Shown one piece after another: positions 1 to 9,482 of a DNA stretch of 64,000 nt (within the stretch, counting starts at the first letter, position 1; each line of letters opens with the position of its first letter). The stretch comes from a virus. The notes below the pieces were generated by a model, which did not search any database, had not been told where the DNA came from, and worked only from the letters and a program-made list of their open reading frames with translations. The stretch is from IMG/VR virus record IMGVR_UViG_3300046170_000505; one strand, given 5' to 3'. Position numbers and translations under genes: made by a program.

Positions 1-1
1 T

Positions 2-157
2 AAGCCAGCAAGCAGAGAAGCTCACGTTTTTGTATGCAATACAGTAAATGAAGCTATGCCTTTTCATATTCATCCAACGGTTGGCACCATGGGCACACTT
101 AATATGGGCTTAAATAATCGATCAATTTTTAATACTACCTTTAGGAAACAGGCTTAA
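2..157 (+). CDS. 3' end of upstream hypothetical protein (partial)
   Basis: Open frame from the window edge to TAA at 155-157, overlapping the next ATG (TAATG). Confidence 0.55.
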   Translation, partial: KPASREAHVFVCNTVNEAMPFHIHPTVGTMGTLNMGLNNRSIFNTTFRKQA

Positions 158-309
158 TGAACGATCAAGACAATATATTACATTCAGGATACTCAGGAGC
201 AAATTCATCTCTAGTAGAAGAAAATTTTAAAATTTATTTAAATTTAAAAAATAATCTGCCTGACCCTCAAATCAATGGCTTAATGGCTGAGGAAGAGGAC
301 GACGAATAA
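157..309 (+). CDS. small acidic hypothetical protein (50 aa)
   Basis: ATG coupled to the upstream stop; MNDQDN...EEEDDE; not in the ORF track. Confidence 0.5.
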   Translation: MNDQDNILHSGYSGANSSLVEENFKIYLNLKNNLPDPQINGLMAEEEDDE

Positions 310-326
310 GGTCAAAATAATTTTTC

Positions 327-355
327 TTGACATAGACTGCTGCTTTTGCTATAGT
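327..355 (+). promoter_or_regulatory. sigma70-type promoter, leaderless
   Basis: TTGACA-17-TATAGT, ATG 7 nt downstream. Confidence 0.75.
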
Positions 356-362
356 CTTATTT

Positions 363-902
363 ATGTCAAACATATTGTACAAAACAAAAACCTACTTAGT
401 AGGACATATGCAATATCTTAGCGGCAGGGACTGGCGCGAAGAAGTTACAGAAAAATTAAGCTCGTTATCTATAACCTGTTTTGATCCATACAAAAAACCT
501 TTCATTAAAGATGTTGCTGAGGATAAAGCTTCAAGAAAAGACATGGAAACTTGGATGAAAACAAAGCAATACGATAGAGTTACTGACAAAATGAAAACAG
601 TTAGAGCTTATGATCTCAATTTGGTTGATCGCAGTGATTTTATTATTGCTCATCTTGTTCCAGATGTAGCTTCTTGGGGTTCTGCTGAAGAGATAGTTAC
701 CGCAGTACGTATGAAAAAACCTATTTTTATAAGCATGGAGGGAGGCAAAGCAAAAACTCCTCTTTGGATGCTTGGCATGCTTCCTCATAAATATATTTAT
801 AATTCGCTTGACGAAGTTATTGAAATGTTGTATGCTATAGATAATGGAATTAAACCAATAGACTCAGATAGATGGAGATTACTAAGAAAGGAATATAGAT
901 AA
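363..902 (+). CDS. nucleoside 2-deoxyribosyltransferase-like protein
   Basis: YLVG..DWRE..FDP..DL..VDRSDFIIA..GSAEE pattern typical of the NDT-like fold. Confidence 0.65.
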   Translation: MSNILYKTKTYLVGHMQYLSGRDWREEVTEKLSSLSITCFDPYKKPFIKDVAEDKASRKDMETWMKTKQYDRVTDKMKTVRAYDLNLVDRSDFIIAHLVPDVASWGSAEEIVTAVRMKKPIFISMEGGKAKTPLWMLGMLPHKYIYNSLDEVIEMLYAIDNGIKPIDSDRWRLLRKEYR

Positions 903-1006
903 TGGACCCAACAACAATGATAATAATAACCGTAATTTGCTCTTTTCTTCTTATAGCAAGAGGAGGAGAAGTTAGAAAATTTTAATTATAAAATTATAAT
1001 AATATT

Positions 1007-1264
1007 ATGCCTGATACAAAAAATACCGAATGGACTGATAGAGAAATTGGAGCCTTATGGCTTAACGTAAACCAAAAGACACAAGAAAAGTATCTTACTG
1101 GAAAAGTTAATGGAGAAAAAGTTATTCTCTTTAAGAACAAGTATAAGTCAGAAAATGAAAAAGCTCCTGACTTTAGAATGTACAAACAAAAAGACCAAGA
1201 TTCATCCTCTAGTTCTTCTCAAGCAAAAGAAGAATCTTTCGATGATGATGAAGATATGATTTAA
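1007..1264 (+). CDS. DUF736-like small beta protein with acidic tail (possible ssDNA-binding)
   Basis: IGALW..YLTG..LFKN..APDFRMY motif; acidic C-terminus. Confidence 0.55.
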   Translation: MPDTKNTEWTDREIGALWLNVNQKTQEKYLTGKVNGEKVILFKNKYKSENEKAPDFRMYKQKDQDSSSSSSQAKEESFDDDEDMI

Positions 1265-2367
1265 TGAATACAAAATACGGATTAGTTTGCATATCAAAAA
1301 TCCTACAAGAAGAAGACGCTAACAATCGTTTCGTAGGAATTAGTCGCAAAGCATACACTGAGCTTGCATCTCAACAAGGCAATGAAGTAGCTTTAGAGAA
1401 ACTTCAAAAAGAGATAATTCACAACTTAAAATTAACAGTTAAAATTATCGACTTTTGTAGGGCTAGCGGTATTGATCATTACAGGTTAAATACTTCTATT
1501 TTTGGTATTCTTTCTGACCCAAGTTTAGGTATCGAAATTAAAGATTTGCCAGATAATGAATCTGTAATGGAATCAATAAGAGAAATAGGCAGGTCTTCGA
1601 TTACTAAAGGGGTGTCCGTATCATTCCAACCTGATAAATTCTGCAAGCTAATAGACGACGATGAAGATCTCGTAGAAAAATCAGTAAAGGAAATAGATTT
1701 TTATTCTTGGTTTTTGGACGCAATTGGAATGCCAGAAAATCTTTCTGCTCCAATTAGTTTGCATTTAAATTCTCAGCCAGAAAAAGATGATCACGATACT
1801 TATTGTAACTTCGCAGATCAATTTTATGAAAATTTCAAAAAATTATCTGCTTCTGCACAGAAGCGCTTAGTATTAAAAAACGCTGACAGTGGGTCTTGGA
1901 GCGCTTTTAATTTATTTAAATATTTACATGTTTATTGTTTTGAAGAGCATGACTTTGGATTTCCCTTGGCTTATAATAATCTCTACGATACTTTAAATCC
2001 TTCAATGATTGATACTTCCACTGTAGAGCAGCAAATCAATATAGGAGCGTTTCACGAGACTTGGCAGGGCGTTGTCCCTGTCTTTACATGGACTGAGTCT
2101 AAAGATTCTACAAATCCAAGGTCCCATGCTGCTGAACTTTCTTCACCAATACCTGATTTCGGCTATCAGATCAAATGGGAAGTTGACGTTACTGATAGAG
2201 ACATAGCTATATTAAAATTGTTTGATGAAGATGAAGCTAGTAGAATTTCCGAAGCCGAACTTAGAAAGCTTACTCGTGGAAGATACGAAAAAGTCACAAA
2301 TAATTATAACGCTTTATATGAAGCGGCTAGACAAAACATTTCTTCTTTAAATAGTTCTGAGGACTAA
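1264..2367 (+). CDS. UvdE/UvsE-family TIM-barrel protein with degenerate catalytic residues
   Basis: Colinear with 30344..31333 (YGL.C, HNL, YR, RL..N, VF.W.E, RSHA) but metal ligands are substituted. Confidence 0.75.
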   Translation: MNTKYGLVCISKILQEEDANNRFVGISRKAYTELASQQGNEVALEKLQKEIIHNLKLTVKIIDFCRASGIDHYRLNTSIFGILSDPSLGIEIKDLPDNESVMESIREIGRSSITKGVSVSFQPDKFCKLIDDDEDLVEKSVKEIDFYSWFLDAIGMPENLSAPISLHLNSQPEKDDHDTYCNFADQFYENFKKLSASAQKRLVLKNADSGSWSAFNLFKYLHVYCFEEHDFGFPLAYNNLYDTLNPSMIDTSTVEQQINIGAFHETWQGVVPVFTWTESKDSTNPRSHAAELSSPIPDFGYQIKWEVDVTDRDIAILKLFDEDEASRISEAELRKLTRGRYEKVTNNYNALYEAARQNISSLNSSED

Positions 2368-2388
2368 TATCCTGTGTAACTATATTTA

Positions 2389-2399
2389 GTTCTTTAACA
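2389..2399 (+). promoter_or_regulatory. boxA-like antitermination element upstream of the tmRNA
   Basis: GTTCTTTAACA, close to the bacterial boxA GCTCTTTAACA; preceded by GTGTA at 2374. Confidence 0.45.
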
Positions 2400-2405
2400 T
2401 TTTAT

Positions 2406-2802
2406 GGGGGTGTACTGGATTCGACTATTATTGGATTCATGCACTGCAAGCAGGAGTGCGTCTGGCTCCTCAAAAAGGCGCAAAATGTTACATGGCAAAA
2501 CGTCACGTTTCAAAGCTTTCGGCTTCAAAAAAAGCCGTGGGCTTGCTTTAGCAGCTTAAGTCTGCTACCTCTTACCTTTTGACGCAGATAAAAGGGATAA
2601 GGGGTCATTGATCTGCAAAACAGAAAAGGTTTACCTGTTCATAAACTGTATCGCTGAGTATTCGGAGACCTCATTTTGAGTGAATAATTGTAATAGGTAG
2701 TTCGATGTTAGTATCAATAACTTAAAAAGAAACTAAATAAGCTTGTAGACGTGTATTTTTGAAAATCTTAGGACGCGGGTTCAACTCCCGCCACCTCCAC
2801 CA
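2406..2802 (+). ncRNA. ssrA: tmRNA; tag reading frame 2494-2559 (A)GKTSRFKAFGFKKSRGLALAA
   Basis: 5' GGGGGTGTACTGGATTCGAC; 3' GCGGGTTCAACTCCCGCCACCTCCACCA; G3-U70 acceptor pair; pk1 GGAG/CTCC + TGCGTC/GGCGCA; tag ends LAA-stop. Confidence 0.95.
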
Positions 2803-2827
2803 ATTTAAAAGTGTATATATCATATAT

Positions 2828-4855
2828 ATGAAGTTATTTTTGTTAGTTTTTCTTTCCACTGTTAGTTGCTTTGGCTCCACCCTTTACTTCAAGGATGGAA
2901 ATTCTATTGATGCAAAAATACTAGAAGCTAATGAAACACACGTAACAGTTGCAAGAGAAAAAGATTTGCAACAGTTTCGTTTTAAAATCAATTTTCTAAC
3001 AATAGATTCTAAAAAACAAATAGAACTATATCACTCAAAAGACAGGTACAGCACGATACCTTCTGTAAAAATACCCATAGATGATAAAACGTTAAAAAAT
3101 TACACGTCTTACATCGACCAATTGATTGACAACAATTTAAGATCAAAAAGGTTGCAAAAAACAAAACCTCTTGATGACCACGCTTATGTGAGACGAGCTT
3201 ATCTTACAGTTATAGGTAGAATACCTACCCAAAATGAAACTTTATCCTTTCTAGAAGATAGAGATTCAAATAAAAAAGATAAATTAATACAAAAATTATT
3301 GCATTCAAATGGTTATGTAAATCATCAACTTAATTGGTGGAGCGATATGCTTCGTATTAAAGACAGACCACAGGGAACTAACATCAATGTTGGATCAGTT
3401 TACAGGCAGTGGTTAAGAGAATCCTTACATAACAAAAAGAAATATGATGAAATAGTAAAAGGTTTAGTGGGTAGTACTGGTAAACTGCTTGATGGGGGAG
3501 CTGCTGTTAGCTATTATTTGAGAGACAGAGGGATGCAGGAAGACAACCTTTCTCATACAATCAGAATCTTTTTAGGCACCAGACTTGAGTGTGCAATGTG
3601 CCACGACCACCCATTTGACAAATGGAGCCAAAAGCAATTTTATGAAATGACCGCTTTTACATCAGGAATAGGTAATGTTAGATTGAGAGATGGTGGTAAA
3701 GCCATCGGCGCCTTAAGTAGAGCTATCAATGCTGATGGAGATGTAAATGCAGGAACATTCAATAATTGGAGAAATCAAGTTAGAGATTCCATACAATTCG
3801 GAATAGAAAATAATGGTACTGGGGTTATTAAACTACCAGTTGATTTTGCAGAGGACAATGGGCAACCTGGCGAAGAAGTGTTAGCTAAAGCAATTTTCAC
3901 CCCCAAACCAACTGGAAAAACTAAAGGTAATAGTAGAAAAATTTTTGCAGATTGGATTACAAGTAAAGATAACCCTCGCTTTACCACAATGATATCCAAT
4001 AGGATTTGGAAGCAAATTTTTGGAGCAGGTTTGATAGAGCCTATTGATTCAATGATGGATGATACTGTGGCCAGCAATCAGCCTTTAATGAAATATGTAG
4101 AAAGACTTATGGTCAGCGTAAACTATGACTTAAGAGAATTTCAAAGGATATTATTGAATACAAAATTATTTCAAAGGCAAAGCAAGCAGCATGACCACAA
4201 AAGCTTAGAGGAGTATAATTTCGAAGGTCCAATACTAAAAAGGATGACAGGCGAACAGCTTTGGGATTCATTAGTTACTTTAGCTTACAACAATATTGAT
4301 TCCAAAGAAAGGGTCTACCTACATAATCAACAAGACTATTATCCTATCTATGAAAGATATAAAGATATGACAGGCGAAGAAATTTACGCAGATTTCAAAT
4401 TACTAGCGGAACAGAACAAGGGTAACAGAAACTTACTAGGAATAATTAATTCAGAATACATTTTTAATAAAAAATTTAAAGATAGAAATTTAGTTCGCAG
4501 TAGTTACTTACAGTATCCAGCCCCAGGAGGCCACCTAATAAGACAGTTTGGTGGTAGCGACAAGGAGCAAATAGATAATAGCAATTCAGAACCAAACACA
4601 ACACAAGTTCTTAATTTATTAAACGGTTTTGTTGAAACTAATATTTTAAATAAAAAAGACGCCGACTTTATTGTGCAGATGCAATCTGAAAAAAACAAAC
4701 AAAGCCAAGTTGAAAACGCCTTTCTTTCTATCTTATGCCGTAAACCCAACTCAAGAGAATCTAGTATATTAAAAGATTTCATAGACGAAAAAGACGGCTT
4801 TAAGCATGTATCTTGGATACTACTAAACAGTCATGAGTTTATTTTTATAAAATAG
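2828..4855 (+). CDS. secreted DUF1549/DUF1553 (PSD1/planctomycete cytochrome-like) protein
   Basis: Signal peptide MKLFLLVFLSTVSCFG; YVRRAYL..GRIP; CAMCHDHPFDKW; NRIWKQIFGAGL; LLNSHEF. Start moved from 2759 because that extension lies inside the tmRNA. Confidence 0.9.
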   Translation: MKLFLLVFLSTVSCFGSTLYFKDGNSIDAKILEANETHVTVAREKDLQQFRFKINFLTIDSKKQIELYHSKDRYSTIPSVKIPIDDKTLKNYTSYIDQLIDNNLRSKRLQKTKPLDDHAYVRRAYLTVIGRIPTQNETLSFLEDRDSNKKDKLIQKLLHSNGYVNHQLNWWSDMLRIKDRPQGTNINVGSVYRQWLRESLHNKKKYDEIVKGLVGSTGKLLDGGAAVSYYLRDRGMQEDNLSHTIRIFLGTRLECAMCHDHPFDKWSQKQFYEMTAFTSGIGNVRLRDGGKAIGALSRAINADGDVNAGTFNNWRNQVRDSIQFGIENNGTGVIKLPVDFAEDNGQPGEEVLAKAIFTPKPTGKTKGNSRKIFADWITSKDNPRFTTMISNRIWKQIFGAGLIEPIDSMMDDTVASNQPLMKYVERLMVSVNYDLREFQRILLNTKLFQRQSKQHDHKSLEEYNFEGPILKRMTGEQLWDSLVTLAYNNIDSKERVYLHNQQDYYPIYERYKDMTGEEIYADFKLLAEQNKGNRNLLGIINSEYIFNKKFKDRNLVRSSYLQYPAPGGHLIRQFGGSDKEQIDNSNSEPNTTQVLNLLNGFVETNILNKKDADFIVQMQSEKNKQSQVENAFLSILCRKPNSRESSILKDFIDEKDGFKHVSWILLNSHEFIFIK

Positions 4856-4868
4856 TGTATTAATTATT

Positions 4869-6135
4869 ATGAACGACGAAATATCGAGAAGAAGTTTTGC
4901 GAAACAAATCGCGAAGAGTTACTTAGGTGTTAGCGCCCTAGTTTATGGCTCAGATTTAATAGCTAATTCAGTCAGGATACCAACAGCCAGACACGTTATA
5001 TTCCTGAACATGACTGGGGGCATGACTCATCTGGATACTTTTGACCCGAAACCAGAAAACAAAGAGGTCATGGGCGAAACTTCTGCGATTGATACTTCTG
5101 CAGATGGAATTCAACTAGGTCATTGGCTACCTAAGACTGCAAAACAAATGCATTTAGGGTCACTTGTTCGGTCCATCAACAGCAATCAAGGAGCTCATGA
5201 CCAAGCTAATTATTTATTACACACTAGTTATCAAAAAAGAGGAACCATTATTCACCCTAGCATGGGCAGCTGGGTCAGCAAGCACTGCGGTAAGTTAAAC
5301 GAAACATTACCAGATAATGTTAAAATTAATGGAGGTAGTGGCATTATTGGGGCTGGCTATTTCGAAAGCAAGCATGGCCCACTTCCTTTAGGTAACCCTA
5401 ATGCAGGAATACAAAACGTTAAAAAATCTGAATATGTTGAAAAAAGCATGTATAATCGGCGCCTAGAAGCTTCTCGATTATTAAATAAAGATTTCAACGA
5501 AGACTTCCCTCAAAAGCAAGTCCGAGCCTATTCAGATTTATATGATAACGCCATAAGCCTGATGCAGAGCAAAGACTTAGAGGCTTTTGATTTAACTAAA
5601 GAGCCCCAAGTATTGAGAGACAGATATGGCTCAGATAACTTCGGTCAAGGCTGTTTGCTTGCGCGAAGATTGATTGAGAATAAAGTTCGATTTGTTGAAG
5701 TTTCTTACGGCGGTTGGGATATGCACAACGATGTTTTCGGAAATATGGAAACAAGAGGCGAAGTTCTTGATACTGGTTTAAGTTCCTTACTAGAAGATCT
5801 TAATACAAGGGGCTTACTGTCTGATACCATGGTTGTAGTCGCTAGTGAATTTGGAAGAAGTCCAGAAATCAAAGCTGGCAGAATAGGCAGGGATCACCAC
5901 CCCTCTGCTTTTAGTGCTTTTTTTTGCTGGGGGAGGAGTTAAAGAAGGTTTTGTTTACGGAAAATCAGATGATAGAGCTCATTATGTAGAAGAAAATGGG
6001 GTAGATATTGAATCCATAAATGCTACAATAGCTTATGCTATGGGTCTTAGTGTCGAAAAAATTACATACTCTCCAAGTGGTCGCCCCTTTAAAGTTTCAA
6101 ACGGCAAGCCTCCTATTTTAGACATTCTTTCTTAA
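4869..6135 (+). CDS. DUF1501 family protein with Tat signal, split by a +1 frameshift in a T8 run at 5918-5925
   Basis: SRRSF Tat motif; GGMTHLDTFDPKP; GQGCLLARRL; GWDMH; SEFGR; RDHHP..F|AGGGVK. Removing one T joins ORFs 4869..5942 and 5914..6135. Confidence 0.88.
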
Positions 6136-6759
6136 ATGTTTTATACGGCTCTAGATACTTTGCGCACTAGAGAGATTCGCACTGTTATTAATCTGGAGAC
6201 TCAACCTATTCCAGAATTATTAAAAGCAGAAGGCAAAAACTTAAACGATAAACAAACTAAAAAAGAATTATCTAATCATAAATACAACTTTATATCTAAA
6301 ATTTTTATACAACAATCTCCTGGGTCAAAGATAATCATTGATTTAAACACTACGGATTTAATAATTAATTCAAAAGAATTTATAGCTCCGCAAAAATCTA
6401 GTGAGGTTCCAGAGTGTGAATACAAAAAATATTTCAAGTCATTAAAGTCTGCTGAATTAGATAAAATAAAAGTCAATTCTTTTAAAGTTCAAGGCGTTTC
6501 TTTTCTTAGGCATCGTTTTATTATATCTAATAGACGTACTCACGGTGACCTTAAGAAATTTTTTACTTATTCACGAAGAAATTGGGACATTAATGTGTCT
6601 AATATATTTTTAGACGACTCGATAATTATTAAAACTAATTCTAGAAATAATCAGTTTTCATTATCTTTTCCACATGAATGGAAAAAATTACACGGCGCTC
6701 TTGTTGAAGAGAGTGACTCGAATGAAATATCGTTTATTTCTGAGTGTACTAATATATAA
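6136..6759 (+). CDS. hypothetical protein
   Basis: 207-aa ORF abutting the upstream stop. Confidence 0.6.
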   Translation: MFYTALDTLRTREIRTVINLETQPIPELLKAEGKNLNDKQTKKELSNHKYNFISKIFIQQSPGSKIIIDLNTTDLIINSKEFIAPQKSSEVPECEYKKYFKSLKSAELDKIKVNSFKVQGVSFLRHRFIISNRRTHGDLKKFFTYSRRNWDINVSNIFLDDSIIIKTNSRNNQFSLSFPHEWKKLHGALVEESDSNEISFISECTNI

Positions 6760-6776
6760 CAACCAGATTAAACGTT

Positions 6777-7520
6777 ATGGCTACTTATTATTATCAATTC
6801 GACAGAACTTCTTCTAACTTTAATTTTACAACGACAACAACTATCCCCGATAGCGGTTACGATATATCAGAATTTAATGGAGATTCTAGAGGGATTCCAA
6901 GAGTTGCTGATTGGACTGACTTTTCCTCTTTTAACCTTTCTCAGTTTAATAAATTAGTTGATTCTTTTGGCTTGACTAGCAATAGTTCATTGGGTTATTT
7001 CAGTTGGAATAGCGACCCGCAACGATTAAATGGAAATAAATATTATCGTGATTCAAACTCTAATCGTGCATATTATCTTGGAATGTCTTTCGGTTCTGAG
7101 TATAATGGTGGATGGCATTCATTGAATACTATATCTTCTAGTCCAATCAAAAAGCTTCATGTGGGTTCTTGGAGAGGCGCAAGACCTGTTTTAGTTTACT
7201 TCCCCGACTATCAAGCAAATGGGGGGCATTCTACTTTGGTAATAAATAATTCAATTACTACAACTTGGGATAGTACAAATGAGCAATTTTCATCTTCGGG
7301 TGGAAGCACAACTTTGTCTCACAATGGAACTACTTGGGTTATAAATAACAATGGAAATTCTTCTAGTGCCAGCTTAAGTAGTTCAAATGTTGGCTCTCAT
7401 GTTGACCCTGCAAGTTCGGATATAGTTTGGCAAAATAATTCTTCTGTAACTATTCCATCAGCAGGAGGTTCAGGCGATCCAATGATCGAAACCTTTGACG
7501 GTAAAAGCTATAGGCTTTAA
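6777..7520 (+). CDS. Ser/Asn/Thr-rich putative virion/adhesin-like protein ending in a VWD-like GDP..TFDG motif
   Basis: Composition; C-terminus GGSGDPMIETFDGKSYRL. Confidence 0.55.
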   Translation: MATYYYQFDRTSSNFNFTTTTTIPDSGYDISEFNGDSRGIPRVADWTDFSSFNLSQFNKLVDSFGLTSNSSLGYFSWNSDPQRLNGNKYYRDSNSNRAYYLGMSFGSEYNGGWHSLNTISSSPIKKLHVGSWRGARPVLVYFPDYQANGGHSTLVINNSITTTWDSTNEQFSSSGGSTTLSHNGTTWVINNNGNSSSASLSSSNVGSHVDPASSDIVWQNNSSVTIPSAGGSGDPMIETFDGKSYRL

Positions 7521-7729
7521 ACTCCGCCTTTTATATCTTTTAGCATTTCTAATCTGTCCTTGGCGTCTTTCATAAGCGCCAAGGCTTTTTCTGCGTCTGT
7601 ATAAAAATCTTCAGCGGAGTGCCCGCCAATACCAGTTTCTTTTTCGCCAAGAAGTTTAAGGGTTAATCTTCCTTTTGCGTAATCTGCTTCTGCAGATGTT
7701 TTCAACATCAAATATAACTCTTCGTTCAT
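7517..7729 (-). CDS. hypothetical protein
   Basis: 70-aa ORF co-oriented with and downstream of the cysC fusion. Confidence 0.65.
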   Translation of the reverse strand: MNEELYLMLKTSAEADYAKGRLTLKLLGEKETGIGGHSAEDFYTDAEKALALMKDAKDRLEMLKDIKGGV

Positions 7730-7735
7730 AATAAT

Positions 7736-8566
7736 TTATTCAGGTCTTTTTCCTGTAGGTTTTCCGTCTTGACCTATCTCTCCAGCCCTAATTTTCGTGG
7801 CTGATACAGATTGAAGCTCTTTACTTAATTCAAGTTGTTCAATATTATAACCAACACCTCTTCCATAAAATACGTCGGTAATATTTGGAAGTTCAACAAC
7901 TTTAATTTTATCTCCAAATTCAACGCATGCGGCATGAATTTCGGCTTTTACTTTTTGAAAATCATACGGATTGCTTTCATCTATGCCAGCGACATCTCTT
8001 AATGCTATACAGCATTGACCTGTGCGCTTAACCGATTCTGCAACCAAAGTCTTATGCCCTACATGAAAAGGCTGATACCTGCCTATAAGAAGAGCTGTAG
8101 GAGCCTGATTGTTCCATTTTTCAGTTTCAAAAATGTTTTCTAATGCGGTTTCACACCATTCTTCTGGGGTGCCTTCTCTTAATATTAGGTCATGCTCGTC
8201 CCATCTTTCATCTTTTGTCGGGTCTTCAAAAAGTTTATTGGTGTCTTCGTATCTTCCTTCTTTTATTCTATCTACCCAAATTACAAAATCTGGATTAAAA
8301 GCTTCTCTAGTTTCTTCAGTTGGACAACAAAAGTCAGATATAACATATCCTCCCCCTAAAGCAGCCCAGTCTGAAAGCTTTCCCATTCTTCTAGCATGCT
8401 CTGTACGATCTTCTGCTGAGAACCCCAGGTCTTTGTGTATTTCTTGTCTCACTGCATCTGCATTGAACCAAACTGCGTTTAATTTAGCTACTAACTTTTC
8501 AGCTAGAGTTGTTTTGCCTGAACCAGGCAAACCCATAATAAGTATCTTGCGTTTAACTTTCATCAC
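7736..8566 (-). CDS. cysC: adenylylsulfate kinase fused to a C-terminal HxGH nucleotidyltransferase domain
   Basis: GLPGSGKTT P-loop; NADAVR..DLGFSAEDR; FCCPT..R; second domain GRYQPFHVGH..SATKIR. Confidence 0.85.
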   Translation of the reverse strand: MMKVKRKILIMGLPGSGKTTLAEKLVAKLNAVWFNADAVRQEIHKDLGFSAEDRTEHARRMGKLSDWAALGGGYVISDFCCPTEETREAFNPDFVIWVDRIKEGRYEDTNKLFEDPTKDERWDEHDLILREGTPEEWCETALENIFETEKWNNQAPTALLIGRYQPFHVGHKTLVAESVKRTGQCCIALRDVAGIDESNPYDFQKVKAEIHAACVEFGDKIKVVELPNITDVFYGRGVGYNIEQLELSKELQSVSATKIRAGEIGQDGKPTGKRPE

Positions 8567-8650
8567 CTATATATAAGTACATTCAAAAATTGAAAATGGG
8601 CAAAAAAAAGCTTGACTTTATTTCTTATATTTTATATTATCTCTACATTA

Positions 8651-8857
8651 ATGAGAATCATTAGAAGAAATATTATCAAAGGCAAAGATTCATTCTATGT
8701 CGTAACGAGAGATAATCGTAGGGTTGAGCCCCACAATTATAAAGCAAAATGGGAAGCCGAAGAGCGAGCTGATATATTAATAAATATGGTTAACAATTTT
8801 GATCCAAAATCAAAAGTGGCTATAGTTTATACTTCCATTCCAGAAAAAGTCAGATAA
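8651..8857 (+). CDS. hypothetical protein
   Basis: ATG downstream of TTGACT-17-TATTAT (8612-8640). Confidence 0.6.
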   Translation: MRIIRRNIIKGKDSFYVVTRDNRRVEPHNYKAKWEAEERADILINMVNNFDPKSKVAIVYTSIPEKVR

Positions 8858-9285
8858 TGAACGTAAAATATAAATTACTTAATGCATTAGCTTCACCCCC
8901 AGAAACAGCGAACACTGGAGATGCGGGTTTTGATTTAAAAGCTACGGCAATAACTTATCCATCTGAAGGCGTAGGTGTCTTTATCGAAGTCTGTACTGGT
9001 TTATCTTTTGAAATTCCTAGCGGATATGTTGGTTTAGTTTTTCCTAGATCTAGTATATCTAATACCAAGCATTTTCTTAGAAATTCTGTGGGCGTTATTG
9101 ATAGCGGCTATAGAGGTGAAATTAAATTAAGGTTTTCTATGGATGACAGTAACACCGCTTATCAAATCGGAGATAAAGTTGGCCAAATTGTTTTCCTTAA
9201 ATTGCCTAAAGTAAATTTAGTTCAATCAGAGGATTTGTCTTTAACTTCTAGAAATACAGGAGGGTTTGGTAGCAGTGGACAATAA
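8857..9285 (+). CDS. dut: trimeric dUTPase
   Basis: AGFDL, PRSS, GVIDSGYRGEI, Q, RNTGGFGSSG motifs I-V. Confidence 0.96.
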   Translation: MNVKYKLLNALASPPETANTGDAGFDLKATAITYPSEGVGVFIEVCTGLSFEIPSGYVGLVFPRSSISNTKHFLRNSVGVIDSGYRGEIKLRFSMDDSNTAYQIGDKVGQIVFLKLPKVNLVQSEDLSLTSRNTGGFGSSGQ

Positions 9286-9482
9286 CTTATTAAACTATTG
9301 TGCAAATAAATTCTGCCCATATATAATTATATCGTGTTTTTTATTTTATAATTCTGGGTTAGAGGTTTGGAAATCAATAATCATCTTAGGGATGTGTGTT
9401 TTTATTGAAAAATTTAATTTCAAGGCTGGATATAGCCTAGCTTATTGCGAATTAAATGGTATTGATTTAGATAACCAAAAAG

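Noticed and set aside
2759-2827. N-terminal extension of the DUF1549 ORF
   Set aside because: It overlaps the tmRNA 3' end; the signal peptide starts at ATG 2828.
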